64,000 bases of DNA. It comes from Deltaproteobacteria bacterium (GTDB lineage Bacteria; Myxococcota_A; UBA9160; UBA4427). Position 1 is the stretch's first letter; each line of letters starts with the position of its first letter. The translations under genes and the position numbers were made by a program. The notes under the pieces were generated by a model. That model did not search any database and was not told the DNA's origin. It saw only the letters and a program-made list of their open reading frames with translations. Below are positions 45,613 to 55,328 of the stretch, in pieces. Where the stretch lies: the NCBI GenBank assembly GCA_016713665.1, contig JADJOR010000005.1, positions 103,333 through 167,332 of the forward strand, in the 5' to 3' direction.

Positions 45613-46401
45613 ATGGCAATCCTCGACCGTTTCCGAATCGACGACAAAGTGGCTCTCGTGACCGGCGCAGGCCGCGGCATCGGCCGCGCGACCGCCCTCG
45701 CTCTCGCGGAATGCGGCGCCGACGTGGCGCTCGCAGCGCGCAGCCGCGACCAGCTCGAGGCCGTGGCCGCGGAGGTCCGCAAGCTCGGGCGGCGCGCGCT
45801 GGTCGTCGAGTGCAATGCCGCGGTGACCGCGAATCTCGACGCCTTCGTCGCACGGGCGATGGACGAATTCGGCCGCATCGACATCGTGATCAACAACGTC
45901 GGCGGCTCGATGCCGAAGCCCTTCCTCGACACGACCGAGAAGGAGTTCAGCGGCGCGTTCCACTTCAACGTGACGACGGCCTTCGCGCTCTCGAAGGCGG
46001 CGGTGCCCCACATGCAGGCGCGCGGCGGCGCGATCGTCAACATCTCGTCGTCGATCGGCCAGATGAAGGGAAAGGGCTTCGCGGCCTACGGAACGGCCAA
46101 GGGCGCCATGAGCCACTTCACGCGTCTCCTCTCCGAAGACCTCGCCCCGAAGATCCGCGTCAACGCGATCGCCGTCGGCTCGACCGCGACCTCCGCCCTC
46201 GAATCCGTGCTGACGAATCCGGTCGTGCGCAAGGCGATGGTCGAATCGACGCCGCTGCGGCGCCTCGGCGAGCCCGAGGACATCGCCCTCGGCGCGCTCT
46301 ATCTCGCGTCGCCGGCGAGCGCCTTCGTGACCGGGACCGTCATGGAGATCCACGGCGGGATCTCGAGCGCGAACCTCGATCTCGCGCTCGCGGGGCTCTG
46401 A
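45613..46401 (+). CDS. SDR family oxidoreductase (FabG-like)
   Basis: 262-aa ORF. VALVTGAGRGIGRA, NNVG and YGTAK motifs. Confidence 0.9.
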   Translation: MAILDRFRIDDKVALVTGAGRGIGRATALALAECGADVALAARSRDQLEAVAAEVRKLGRRALVVECNAAVTANLDAFVARAMDEFGRIDIVINNVGGSMPKPFLDTTEKEFSGAFHFNVTTAFALSKAAVPHMQARGGAIVNISSSIGQMKGKGFAAYGTAKGAMSHFTRLLSEDLAPKIRVNAIAVGSTATSALESVLTNPVVRKAMVESTPLRRLGEPEDIALGALYLASPASAFVTGTVMEIHGGISSANLDLALAGL

Positions 46402-46409
46402 GGCGGGCG

Positions 46410-47576
46410 TTGCGCCCCGAGCCCTTCCGCATCGAGGTCGAGCCCGCCCGCGTCGACGACATGAAGCGCCGCCTCGCCGCGACGCGCTGGGCCCCCGACT
46501 TCGGCAACGCCGACTGGGCCTACGGCGTCGAGCGCGGCTGGCTCGAGTCGATGGTCGACTACTGGCGTGACGAGTTCGACTGGCGTGCGCAGGAGGCGGC
46601 GATGAACCGCCTTCCGCATTTCCGCGTCGCGATCGACGGGGTGCCGATCCACTTCGTCCATGCCCGTGGCCAGGGGCCGAGCCCGCGCCCGCTCGTGCTG
46701 ACGCACGGCTGGCCATGGACCTTCTGGGACTGGAAGGACGTGATCCCGCGCTTGACGGACCCGGCGGCATTCGGCGGCGATCCAAGGCAGAGCTTCGACG
46801 TGATCGTGCCCTCTCTCCCCGGCTTCGGCTTCTCGACTCCGCTGACGACGACCGGCCTCGAGCCCAGACGCATCGCGCGTCTCTGGGTTCGCCTCATGCG
46901 CGACGTCCTCGGCCACGCACGCTTCGGCGCCGTCGGTGGCGACTGGGGCGCGCAGATCACCGGTGAGCTCGGCATCGACCACGCGGCCGAGGTCTGCGGC
47001 ATCTACCTGACGATGCCGATCCTGCCCGGCGTCGACGGTCGCTTTCTTCCGGCCGAGGCCTACGCCGCCGACGAGCAGTGGATGGTCGCTCGACGCGACG
47101 AGGCGCTCCCGCTCATCGCGAGCCACATCGCGGTCCACATGCACGACCCGCAGACCCTGGCCTACGCGCTCGCCGATTCGCCCGTCGGGACGGCGGCCTG
47201 GATCTGGGAGCGACGGCGCGCCTGGAGCGATTGTGGCGGTGACGTCGCCGGCCTCTTCGGCCGCGACTTCCTCTGCGCGACCGCCTCGCTCTACTGGCTC
47301 ACGAACACGATCGGCTCCTCGCTCCGGATCTACAAGGAGGCGTTCAACCCGACGACGACGCCGGCGCCGCGCGCAGACCTGCGGGTCAAGACGCCGGTCG
47401 GGCTCGCGATCGCGCCGAAGGAGCTCGCCTACATGCCGCGGGCGATGGCCGAGGAGCGCTGCGACCTGCGCCGCTGGACGCTCCTGCCGCGCGGCGGCCA
47501 TTTCGCGCCGGCGGAGCAGCCCGAGGCGATCGCGAGCGACGTTCGGGCGTTCTTCGGCGCGCTGGAGGCCTGGTAG
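46410..47576 (+). CDS. Epoxide hydrolase (microsomal-type, with N-terminal EH domain)
   Basis: 388 aa from TTG 46410, 8 nt after the SDR stop. N-terminal pattern PFRIEVEPARVDDMKRRL, HGWP motif (LTHGWPWTFWDW), and nucleophile GGDWGAQI. Confidence 0.85.
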   Translation: MRPEPFRIEVEPARVDDMKRRLAATRWAPDFGNADWAYGVERGWLESMVDYWRDEFDWRAQEAAMNRLPHFRVAIDGVPIHFVHARGQGPSPRPLVLTHGWPWTFWDWKDVIPRLTDPAAFGGDPRQSFDVIVPSLPGFGFSTPLTTTGLEPRRIARLWVRLMRDVLGHARFGAVGGDWGAQITGELGIDHAAEVCGIYLTMPILPGVDGRFLPAEAYAADEQWMVARRDEALPLIASHIAVHMHDPQTLAYALADSPVGTAAWIWERRRAWSDCGGDVAGLFGRDFLCATASLYWLTNTIGSSLRIYKEAFNPTTTPAPRADLRVKTPVGLAIAPKELAYMPRAMAEERCDLRRWTLLPRGGHFAPAEQPEAIASDVRAFFGALEAW

Positions 47577-47725
47577 GCGGCGGCCGTGGCCACCGGTCGC
47601 ATTCTGCCCCAGCCTGTGGCACGAGGGCGCAGGGCAGAGCGCTCGAGAGTCGGTCCATGCCCCGCTGCCGGGGCACATCGCTTGCATCGCCCTCGCCGAC
47701 CCACGCCGTCACCGGAGCCGTGCCC

Positions 47726-49243
47726 ATGCCCCAGCCCAGCCAGAAGAGCCAGAAGAGCCCGAAGAGCCCGAACGTGCCGGAGCGCGTAGAACACTTCGAC
47801 GTCCTGATCGTCGGCGCCGGCATCTCCGGAGTCGGCGGCGCCAAACATCTCCGGGACCAATGCCCCGGCAAGACGTTCGTCGTGCTCGATGCGCTCGAGT
47901 CGTACGGCGGGACCTGGCTCACCCACAAATATCCCGGCATCCGATCCGACAGCGATCTCTATACCTTCGGCTACCGCTTCAAGCCCTGGACGAACGCGCC
48001 GATCGCGAGCGCGGAAGCGATCCTCGATTACATGGGCGAGGTGATCGCCGAGAACGGGCTCGCGCCGCACATCCGCTACCGCCACTGGATCGACTCGGCC
48101 GCCTGGTCCTCGCAGACGAATCTCTGGACGGTGGACGCGCACCGAACCGATACGGGCGAGCGCTTCCGATTCACGACGCGCTTCCTCTGGATGTGCCAGG
48201 GCTACTACGACCACGCGAAAGGCCATACGCCCGAGTGGAAGGACATGGCCCTCTTCCGCGGAACGATCGTCCACCCGCAGAGCTGGCCCGCGGACCTCGA
48301 CTACGAGAACAAGCAGGTCCTCGTGATCGGCTCGGGCGCGACGACCGCGACGGTCGTGCCCGCGATCGCCGCGAAGACGGCGCATACGACGGTCCTGCAG
48401 CGCTCGCCGACCTACTTCCTCCCCGCGCCCAACGTCAACGAGCTCGCGGATCTGCTGCGCACGCTGCAGATCGACGAGACCTGGATCCACGAGATCGTGC
48501 GGCGCAAGATCCTCCACGATCAGGACCTGTTCACGAAGCGCGCCCGCGAAGAGAGCGACACCGTGAAGAAGGAGCTGCTCGACGCCGTGCGCGCCTACGT
48601 CGGCGACGAGGAGGTCGAGCGGAACTTCACGCCGAAGTATCGCCCCTGGCAGCAGCGCCTCGCGTTCGTGCCGGAGGGCGATCTCTTCAAGGGGATCCTC
48701 GCCGGCAAGGCGTCGGTCGTGACGGACGAGATCGACCGATTCACCGAGAAGGGCGTCCTGTTGAAATCCGGGCGGGAGCTCGTGGCCGACATCATCGTCA
48801 CGGCGACCGGCTTCGACCTCTCGATCCTCGGCAACATCGCCTTCACGATCGACGGCGAGCCCCTCGCCCTGAACGACACCATCACCTACCGCGGCATGAT
48901 GTTCACCGGCGTCCCGAACCTGCTCTGGATCTTCGGCTACTTCCGCGCCTCCTGGACGCTCCGCGTCGACCTGCTCGCCGACTTCGTCTGCCGGCTGCTG
49001 AACCACATGGATCGCATCGGCGCGAAGAAGATCGAGGTCGCGCTCCGGCCGGAGGACGAAGGTCTGCCGAAGCTCCCCTGGATCGACCCGGACAACTTCA
49101 ACCCCAGCTACCTGATGCGCGCGATGAACGCGCTCCCGAAGCGGCTCGACCGGCCCGAGTGGCAGCACACGCAGGATTATTGGCGGGAGAAGACGGCGAT
49201 CCCGGCGATCGAGCTCGACGGGAAGGAGTTCGTCTACCGCTGA
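47726..49243 (+). CDS. Flavin-containing (EthA/Baeyer-Villiger-type) monooxygenase
   Basis: 505 aa from ATG 47726. FAD motif VLIVGAGISGVG and second dinucleotide motif VLVIGSGATTATV. The N-terminal QKSQKSPKSP stretch is encoded by three 9-bp repeats (47741-47767). Confidence 0.85.
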   Translation: MPQPSQKSQKSPKSPNVPERVEHFDVLIVGAGISGVGGAKHLRDQCPGKTFVVLDALESYGGTWLTHKYPGIRSDSDLYTFGYRFKPWTNAPIASAEAILDYMGEVIAENGLAPHIRYRHWIDSAAWSSQTNLWTVDAHRTDTGERFRFTTRFLWMCQGYYDHAKGHTPEWKDMALFRGTIVHPQSWPADLDYENKQVLVIGSGATTATVVPAIAAKTAHTTVLQRSPTYFLPAPNVNELADLLRTLQIDETWIHEIVRRKILHDQDLFTKRAREESDTVKKELLDAVRAYVGDEEVERNFTPKYRPWQQRLAFVPEGDLFKGILAGKASVVTDEIDRFTEKGVLLKSGRELVADIIVTATGFDLSILGNIAFTIDGEPLALNDTITYRGMMFTGVPNLLWIFGYFRASWTLRVDLLADFVCRLLNHMDRIGAKKIEVALRPEDEGLPKLPWIDPDNFNPSYLMRAMNALPKRLDRPEWQHTQDYWREKTAIPAIELDGKEFVYR

Positions 49244-49638
49244 GCGGGCGCCTTCTGGAGCGAATGGAGATAGTTCGCCGCGTCCCAGATCGCCTCTTCG
49301 GAGAGGGTCCCGGCGAAGGCCGGCATGACGTCCCCCCGTCCGTAGGCGATGCGCGCTGCGATCCGCGCGGCGGACTTCGTGTACTCGGGCGCGAGGAAGT
49401 TCGTCGGAACGGCCTCGAGCTCGCTCGCGCGAGGCCCGTTGCCATCCGCCCGGTCGCCGTGGCAGGAAGCGCAGCTCGCCGCGAAGACCTGCTGGCCTCG
49501 AGCCAGCGTGTCCGGGTCGCTCGCCGTCGGATTGTCCTTGCGCATGAAGAGCGCCATCCGGACGTGCGAGCAGCCGGTCGTCGCGACGACCGCGCCGAGG
49601 ACGACAAGGAGAAGCAGAAGCCTCGTTACGGACGGCAT
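49234..49638 (-). CDS. Lipoprotein c-type cytochrome (monoheme)
   Basis: 134 aa from ATG 49636-49638 (SD aggagg upstream). Lipobox-like VVATTGC and heme motif CASCH. The 3' end overlaps the convergent monooxygenase gene by 10 nt. Confidence 0.75.
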   Translation of the reverse strand: MPSVTRLLLLLVVLGAVVATTGCSHVRMALFMRKDNPTASDPDTLARGQQVFAASCASCHGDRADGNGPRASELEAVPTNFLAPEYTKSAARIAARIAYGRGDVMPAFAGTLSEEAIWDAANYLHSLQKAPAQR

Positions 49639-49678
49639 GACCCGGAGCTCCCCTCCTGAGTTCGAATTGATGTCGGAC

Positions 49679-50536
49679 TCAGTCCAGATGCAGGTCGACG
49701 CCCGCGTCCAGCAGGACTTGTCGATTGTATTCCGCGTCGCTCGCGAGGGAGCCGAGCCGGATCCACGCCTCGTCGGAGTGCGAGAGGCGCCAGCCGAGCA
49801 GCGGCAACATGTCCGGCCCGACCGGATGCCGGAGCCGCGCATCCTGGCCCTCGATCACCTCGCGGATCTTCCGGCTCACGAGATCCGCCGGCGCCTGCGG
49901 CTTGTCGGGATTGCGGAAGAAGGCATGCACGCGGCGGCCGTGGGGATAGATCGTGTCGGGCGAGTACTGCGGGAGGCTCGTCGTCGCCATCGCCGTGTCG
50001 ATGATGCCCGGCTCGACCAGCGCGACCCGGATCCCGTGGCCGGCGACCTCCTGGGCGAGCGACTCGCTGAAGCTCTCGAGGGCGAACTTCGAGGCGCTGT
50101 AGGCCGCCTGCCCGAAGAAGGCGACCCGGCCGGCGATCGAGGTCACGTTGACGATGCAGCCGCTTCCGCGCTTGCGCATCGCCGGCAGGACCTGCTTCAC
50201 GCAGCGGACAGCCCCGAAGAAATTCGTCTGCATCACCTGCTGGAACCGCTCGATGCTCTCGTCCTCGACGGCGTCGATGCTGTAGATGCCGGCGTTGTTG
50301 ACGAGGGCGTTGATCGAGTCGGCGTGCCTGCCGAAAACCGCAGCGACCGAAGCGTCGTCGTCGACGTCGAGGGCCTCCACGGTGAGCGGAAGCCGTTCCT
50401 CGACGGCGCGCTTCGCGAGATCGCAGGAACCGGGGCTGCGCAGGGTCGCGACGACCTCGTGGCCCGCTCGCGCGAGCAGGAGGGCGGTGTCGTAGCCGAT
50501 GCCGCGGCTGCAGCCGGTGACGAGAATCTTCGACAT
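49679..50536 (-). CDS. SDR family oxidoreductase
   Basis: 285 aa from ATG 50534-50536 (MSKILVTGCSRGIGYD). NNAG and YSASK motifs. SD caggagg in the 35-nt spacer after the CoA-transferase stop. Confidence 0.9.
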   Translation of the reverse strand: MSKILVTGCSRGIGYDTALLLARAGHEVVATLRSPGSCDLAKRAVEERLPLTVEALDVDDDASVAAVFGRHADSINALVNNAGIYSIDAVEDESIERFQQVMQTNFFGAVRCVKQVLPAMRKRGSGCIVNVTSIAGRVAFFGQAAYSASKFALESFSESLAQEVAGHGIRVALVEPGIIDTAMATTSLPQYSPDTIYPHGRRVHAFFRNPDKPQAPADLVSRKIREVIEGQDARLRHPVGPDMLPLLGWRLSHSDEAWIRLGSLASDAEYNRQVLLDAGVDLHLD

Positions 50537-50571
50537 GCTGGTCCTCCTGTTCGGGCTTCGATCCGATCTCC

Positions 50572-52956
50572 CTAACTCGCCGCCTCGAGCACCCCCGCCG
50601 CGAGCTTCGCCTCGATCTCCTCTTCCGACAGCCCGAGCACGTCCCGTGCGATCGCGCGCGTGTGCTCGCCCATGAGCGGGGCCTGGAAGATCGTGACGTC
50701 CTGCATGCCGCTCGCGTGGAAGCACGGGCCCTCCATCGCCATCCAGCCGACGATCTGCTGGTCGAGCCAGCGGACGTAGCCGCGGGCCTGATAGTGGGGA
50801 TCGTGGATCTGATCGCGGGCGGTGAACATGGGGGCGCAGGGGACCTTGAACATCTGCAGGATCGAGGTCACGCCGAGCTTCGTCCGCGCCTTCGTCCACT
50901 CCGTGAGCGCGGCGTCGAGCTCGTTCTGGGTCGCCAGGCGCCCCGCGGCGGTCGCATAGCGCGGATCCTTCGTCCACTCCGGGTCGCCGATCGCCATCTT
51001 GAGCTTCGCCCAGTCGGCGTCGTCCCGGACGCTGATCGTGACCCATTGGTCCACGCCGGCGCAGGGATAGGTCCCCCACGGCGCGCCGCGATCGCTGCGA
51101 TTGCCGCGCGGCTTCACGCTGCCGGGCGCGATGCCCTCCTTCAGCAGCAGATCGCCGAGCATGTGGACGACCGCCTCGGCCTGGGCGACCGACGCGTGGC
51201 CGCCGCGGCCCGTCTTGCGCCGGCGCAGGACGGCGGCGAGCGCGGAGATCGCGAGCAGGCGCCCCGCGAGATGGTCCGGGAAGATCGAGGTCGAGCCTGC
51301 GGGCTCGTCGCCCTGCTCGTAGTCCCAGAGATGGACGAGGCCGCCGATCGGCTGGGTCGAGGGGCCGTAGCCGATCCAGTCAGCCCAGGCGCCGTGGTCG
51401 CCGAGCAGCTGGCTGCTCGCGAGCACGATGCGCGGATTCGTCTTCGAGAGCGCTTCGTAGCCGACGCCGAGGGAGTCCATCGTGCCGGTCGAGCCGTTCT
51501 CCGTGACGATGTCGGCGTGGCGCGCGAGCTCGTGGAGGAGGCGCTTGCCCTCCTCGGTCTTCAGGTTGATGCCGAGCCCGCGCTTCGAGCGCGACGACGA
51601 CGCGAAGGAGCCCGAGAGCGGCGTCGACATGACGGTCCGGATGAAGTCGGGATAGGTCCTGCTCTCGATCTTGATGACGTCCGCGCCGTACTCGGCGAAG
51701 AGCCGGGCGGCTTCGACGCCGACGCCGCCGATGCCGAAATCGAGCAGCCGGAGATCCTCGAAGGGCCGCGACGGCGCAGGCCGCGGGTGGACCGGCTTCG
51801 AGCGGTGGTCGGGCCAGAGGCCGGCGGCGATCCGCGCCGAGTGCTCGCCCTTCTCCGGCGCGCGCGTCCGGAAGCCCTGCCGCTCGCGGTCGATCTCGAA
51901 GAAGCCGGCGGGCACCGGCCCCCGCTCGCCGCGCGCGTACTCCGCGTCGACGAAGGTCTTGCGCGAGCGGAAGTGGACGTTCTCGAGGACCTCGCCCGGG
52001 GCGAGGACCGGGGTACAGACGATCCCGCGCTTCTGGGCCTCGAACGCGACCTCTTCGTGGGTCATCGTCGCGAACAGGTCGCCGATCATGACGTTCAGCG
52101 CCTCGGCGATCTCCATCCGGCCGAGGAAGCTCTCGTACTTCTTGTCCTGGAGATACTCGGGCTCCCCGAGCCAGGCGCGCATCGCCTGCCACTGCCGCGG
52201 CGACAGGATCACCAGCCGCACGAAGCCGCCCTTGCACGGGAAGATGCGGTACATCGGCCCGGAGCCGAAGCGCGTCTGCGGCGCCTCCTGGAGCTTCGCG
52301 TCGGTCATCGAGCCGTTCGAGAAGGACCAGTCGGTCTGCTGGGCGACGGCTTCCAGGACGGAGAGATCGATCGTCTGGCCGTAGCCCGTGCGCTCGCGCT
52401 GGTAGAGCGCGGTCATCGACGCGAAGGCGCCCATCACGCCGGCGATGTCGTAGGCCATGGCCCCGGGCGTCAGCAGCGGCTCGCGCCCCTGCACCCCCGC
52501 CTTGAACTGCATGCCCGAGACCGAGCACATCGTCGCGTCGGTCGCGACCCAGTCGCGGTAGGGCCCCGTCTGCCCGAAGTCCGAGATCGAGAGCACGACC
52601 AGATGCGGAAAGCGCTCCGACAGGGTCTTCGGATCGAGGCCGAGCGAAGCCATCCGCCCGGGCATCTCGGACTCGATGAAGACGTCCGCGCGCGCGAGCA
52701 GGTCGAGCAACGATGCGCGCCCCGCCTCGCTCTCGAGGTCGAGGACGTGACCCAGCTTGTTCGCATTGCGATAGGCGAAGTAGAGGCTCGTGCCCGAAGG
52801 CGCGAAGGGCGGGAGCAATCGCGAGCGCGCCCCGGTCGGCGGCTCGACCCGGATCACCTCGGCGCCGAAGTCGGCGAGGAGACGGCCGGCGAGCTCGCCC
52901 TTTTCGTCGGCGAGGTCGACCACGCGGTAGCCAGCGAGGGGGAGGATCTGTGTCAT
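50572..52956 (-). CDS. Tandem-fused family III (CaiB/BaiF) CoA-transferase with two complete domains
   Basis: 794 aa from ATG 52954-52956. Two copies of the N-terminal family III signature: LAGYRVVDLADEKGELAGRLLADFGAEVIRVEPP, and LRLLDFGIGGVGVEAARLFAEYGADVIKIES at about residue 405. Confidence 0.85.
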   Translation of the reverse strand: MTQILPLAGYRVVDLADEKGELAGRLLADFGAEVIRVEPPTGARSRLLPPFAPSGTSLYFAYRNANKLGHVLDLESEAGRASLLDLLARADVFIESEMPGRMASLGLDPKTLSERFPHLVVLSISDFGQTGPYRDWVATDATMCSVSGMQFKAGVQGREPLLTPGAMAYDIAGVMGAFASMTALYQRERTGYGQTIDLSVLEAVAQQTDWSFSNGSMTDAKLQEAPQTRFGSGPMYRIFPCKGGFVRLVILSPRQWQAMRAWLGEPEYLQDKKYESFLGRMEIAEALNVMIGDLFATMTHEEVAFEAQKRGIVCTPVLAPGEVLENVHFRSRKTFVDAEYARGERGPVPAGFFEIDRERQGFRTRAPEKGEHSARIAAGLWPDHRSKPVHPRPAPSRPFEDLRLLDFGIGGVGVEAARLFAEYGADVIKIESRTYPDFIRTVMSTPLSGSFASSSRSKRGLGINLKTEEGKRLLHELARHADIVTENGSTGTMDSLGVGYEALSKTNPRIVLASSQLLGDHGAWADWIGYGPSTQPIGGLVHLWDYEQGDEPAGSTSIFPDHLAGRLLAISALAAVLRRRKTGRGGHASVAQAEAVVHMLGDLLLKEGIAPGSVKPRGNRSDRGAPWGTYPCAGVDQWVTISVRDDADWAKLKMAIGDPEWTKDPRYATAAGRLATQNELDAALTEWTKARTKLGVTSILQMFKVPCAPMFTARDQIHDPHYQARGYVRWLDQQIVGWMAMEGPCFHASGMQDVTIFQAPLMGEHTRAIARDVLGLSEEEIEAKLAAGVLEAAS

Positions 52957-52986
52957 CGGTTCGGGGCTCCTCGAGCTTCGGGTATC

Positions 52987-53042
52987 GGTCTTCGAGAGTC
53001 GGTGTTCGAGAGTCGGTCGTCGAAATTCAGTCTTCGAGCGGC
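52987..53042. repeat. Four imperfect tandem 14-nt units spanning the kinase-like gene 3' end and the spacer before the CoA-transferase gene
   Basis: ggtcttcgagagtc / ggtgttcgagagtc / ggtcgtcgaaattc / agtcttcgagcggc. On the coding (minus) strand the units look like copies of the terminal CTCGAAGAC-TGA, with TGA replaced by CGA. Confidence 0.7.
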
Positions 53043-54460
53043 GGGAAGGAAGCGTTCTGCTGTTCGCGCAAGACGGGATGGAGCAGCGACTCCTCCCGGA
53101 CCAGACGACGGTGGAAATAGCGAATGAGCTCGGCATCGCGCTCGGGGCCCGCCTCGAGGACGAGGCGTTCGAGGAGGAGATCCGCCTCCTGCCAGGTCGT
53201 GGGCCGCGTGCCCAGGATCCTGCCGACGTCGTCGAGATCGTCTGCCTCGAGGGCGGCGCCATGGCGGTCCGAGTTTTCGAGATAGACGGCGAGGCGGTGC
53301 ATGCGATCGAAGTCGTAGGCCCGCTCTTCCGCGGCGGCGTCCGGGACGGACGAGCGCCCCGTGCGCGCGTCCGAGCGCGCGTCCTCGATCGCGCCGACCG
53401 CCCGCGCCGGATCGAGCAGGTCGACGAGGTGGGCATGGGCGACGGCGCGGCGCGACGGCGCGGCTTCGGGCAGCCGGGGCGGCTCGAGGGGAACGCCGGT
53501 GAAGCGCGCCATCACCTCGAGCCCGCAGCGGCCGTAGACGACGAACCAGCCGAGATACTGGACGTAGTTCGCGTCGCGGCCGGGCTTCGCGACGACGGAG
53601 GCGAGGGAGAGCGGGTTCACGAGGGCGAAGCGGATGGTGTGGTAGTCGATCGCACGCAGATCGATGTCCCGACCGCTGATCTCGCCGTAACGATTCATGG
53701 CTCGGCCGAGATCGCCGATCGGCTCGGAGAGATCCCGCGTGCGCAGGGCCGCGAGGTCCGCGGCGTAGTCGCCGATGTAGCCCATCTCGAAGTCGATCAG
53801 GCCGGTCAGCCCGGCGTCGTCGAACATGAACTGCCCGGCGTCGCAGGCGAGGAACGAGAGCTCGTGCCGGTCCCGGGGCACGTTGCGTTTGCACCAGGCG
53901 AGCTGGAACTCGATCATCGGCTCGGGCCGCTGCTTCGAGGCCCGATACGCGCGCTCGTAGCGCCGCGTCTCGCCGAGCCCGATCTGCTCGGCGCTCCGCG
54001 GTCGGTCGAAGCCGATCGCCTCGAACTCCTCGATCGGGATCGAGTGGATCTTCGAGAGCTGGATCAGATACTCGTCGAGCACCGCCCGCCGATGACGCTC
54101 GTCCTTCGCCGTCGCCAGATTGAAGCGCCCGGGCAGGCGCTCGAGGACGAGGCCGGGCGGGTCGGTCGAGAGCCCGTGGACGTGGGGGACGCGGATGCCG
54201 TTTTTCTCGAGGACCTCGAGGACGCGCATCTCGCGCTCGAGGGGGCGGGCGTCGCGGGCCCACTCGCTGCGGGCGCCGCGCCAGTAGAGGCGGAGGCGCG
54301 CCCCGTTCCGCTCGAGCTCGAAGAAGCAGGCCGGTCGCCAGCGCGGTTGCGGCTCCCAGGCGACGACGCGGCCGCCGAGCGTGCGTTCGGCCCAGTCGAA
54401 GGCCCGACGCCAGCGCTCCGGCAGCTTCGCGCGCACCGCCTCCGACAGCTCGATCCGCAC
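53027..54460 (-). CDS. Phosphotransferase (aminoglycoside/choline kinase, APH) family protein
   Basis: 477 aa from GTG 54458-54460 (SD gggagg 7-8 nt upstream). Kinase-like core FLACDAGQFMFDD ... LIDFEMGYIGD. Start choice is uncertain; the track ORF extends to 54850. Confidence 0.7.
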   Translation of the reverse strand: MRIELSEAVRAKLPERWRRAFDWAERTLGGRVVAWEPQPRWRPACFFELERNGARLRLYWRGARSEWARDARPLEREMRVLEVLEKNGIRVPHVHGLSTDPPGLVLERLPGRFNLATAKDERHRRAVLDEYLIQLSKIHSIPIEEFEAIGFDRPRSAEQIGLGETRRYERAYRASKQRPEPMIEFQLAWCKRNVPRDRHELSFLACDAGQFMFDDAGLTGLIDFEMGYIGDYAADLAALRTRDLSEPIGDLGRAMNRYGEISGRDIDLRAIDYHTIRFALVNPLSLASVVAKPGRDANYVQYLGWFVVYGRCGLEVMARFTGVPLEPPRLPEAAPSRRAVAHAHLVDLLDPARAVGAIEDARSDARTGRSSVPDAAAEERAYDFDRMHRLAVYLENSDRHGAALEADDLDDVGRILGTRPTTWQEADLLLERLVLEAGPERDAELIRYFHRRLVREESLLHPVLREQQNASFPPLED

Positions 54461-54728
54461 GCCACGACCTCCCGCTGCAGTCCTGCGCGAATCCCCTGCG
54501 CAACCGACTGCGCCGCCCGCTGCAACGACCCGGCCGTACGGTACTCGCATCCCCGCCATCGATCGACGGAGTCCGGGCGAAGAAGCGGGAATGAAGCGCG
54601 AAGTAGGGAAGTTCGGGGCGGAACCCTCAAGACCCGTCTGCGGCCATCCGAGGGAGCGTGGACGGGCAAGTTCCGGGGCGTTCGAGTCCCACGGGGCAAA
54701 TCCGCCCGACCCGAATCGGAGAAGAGCC

Positions 54729-55229
54729 ATGGGAACCGCGGTGTGGATCGAGAAGGCGCAATTCCGGATGAACGCCGCGGCCGAGCGCGCGGCGGTCGCC
54801 CAGCTGAAGACGAGCTTTCCCTCGCAATCCGTCTTCCTCGAGATGGGCATCGGCCGGGACGAGCACGCCTATCGCAGCTTCGCCGCCGCCCAGACCTTCG
54901 CCGAGACCCTGCGCGCGCTGGTCGCCCTCGGCGAGCACGCCATCCTCCAGGAGACCCCCGGCGGCGGCATCAGCGGCATGGGCCGCGAGGGCATGATGGA
55001 CGAGCTGCCGGCCCGACCGATGGCCCGCTTCTTCGATGCCGTCGCCCGCTTCGTCGAGCCCGGCAGCTTCATCGAGTTCGAGACCGACCGCGCCAGCGTC
55101 GCGACCCGCTTCGAGTTCATGAACGGACGCCTGCGCGTCGTCGAGCGCGAGCTCGGCGCCGACGAGATGGGCGATTGGGGCGTCATCGAGCACGACCGCA
55201 CGGAGATCCTGCTCGACCCGTTGCCCTGA
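54729..55229 (+). CDS. Hypothetical protein
   Basis: 166 aa from ATG 54729 (MGTAVWIEKAQFRMNAAAERAAVAQL...). No family recognised. Confidence 0.45.
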   Translation: MGTAVWIEKAQFRMNAAAERAAVAQLKTSFPSQSVFLEMGIGRDEHAYRSFAAAQTFAETLRALVALGEHAILQETPGGGISGMGREGMMDELPARPMARFFDAVARFVEPGSFIEFETDRASVATRFEFMNGRLRVVERELGADEMGDWGVIEHDRTEILLDPLP

Positions 55230-55328
55230 GCGCCGCCGGAACTCCCGATCTCCCGAGTCGGGCCGGCCCGATCTTCGCTCCCGGTGTCGATCTCGCTCGT
55301 ACGAACGAGGCCATGCTACCTAGCGAAC

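Noticed and set aside
47741-47767. Three 9-bp coding repeats (cagaagagc cagaagagc ccgaagagc) at the 5' end of the flavin monooxygenase gene
   Set aside because: This is an in-frame microsatellite giving QKSQKSPKS in a non-conserved N-terminal extension. It has no evident functional implication beyond possible length variation.
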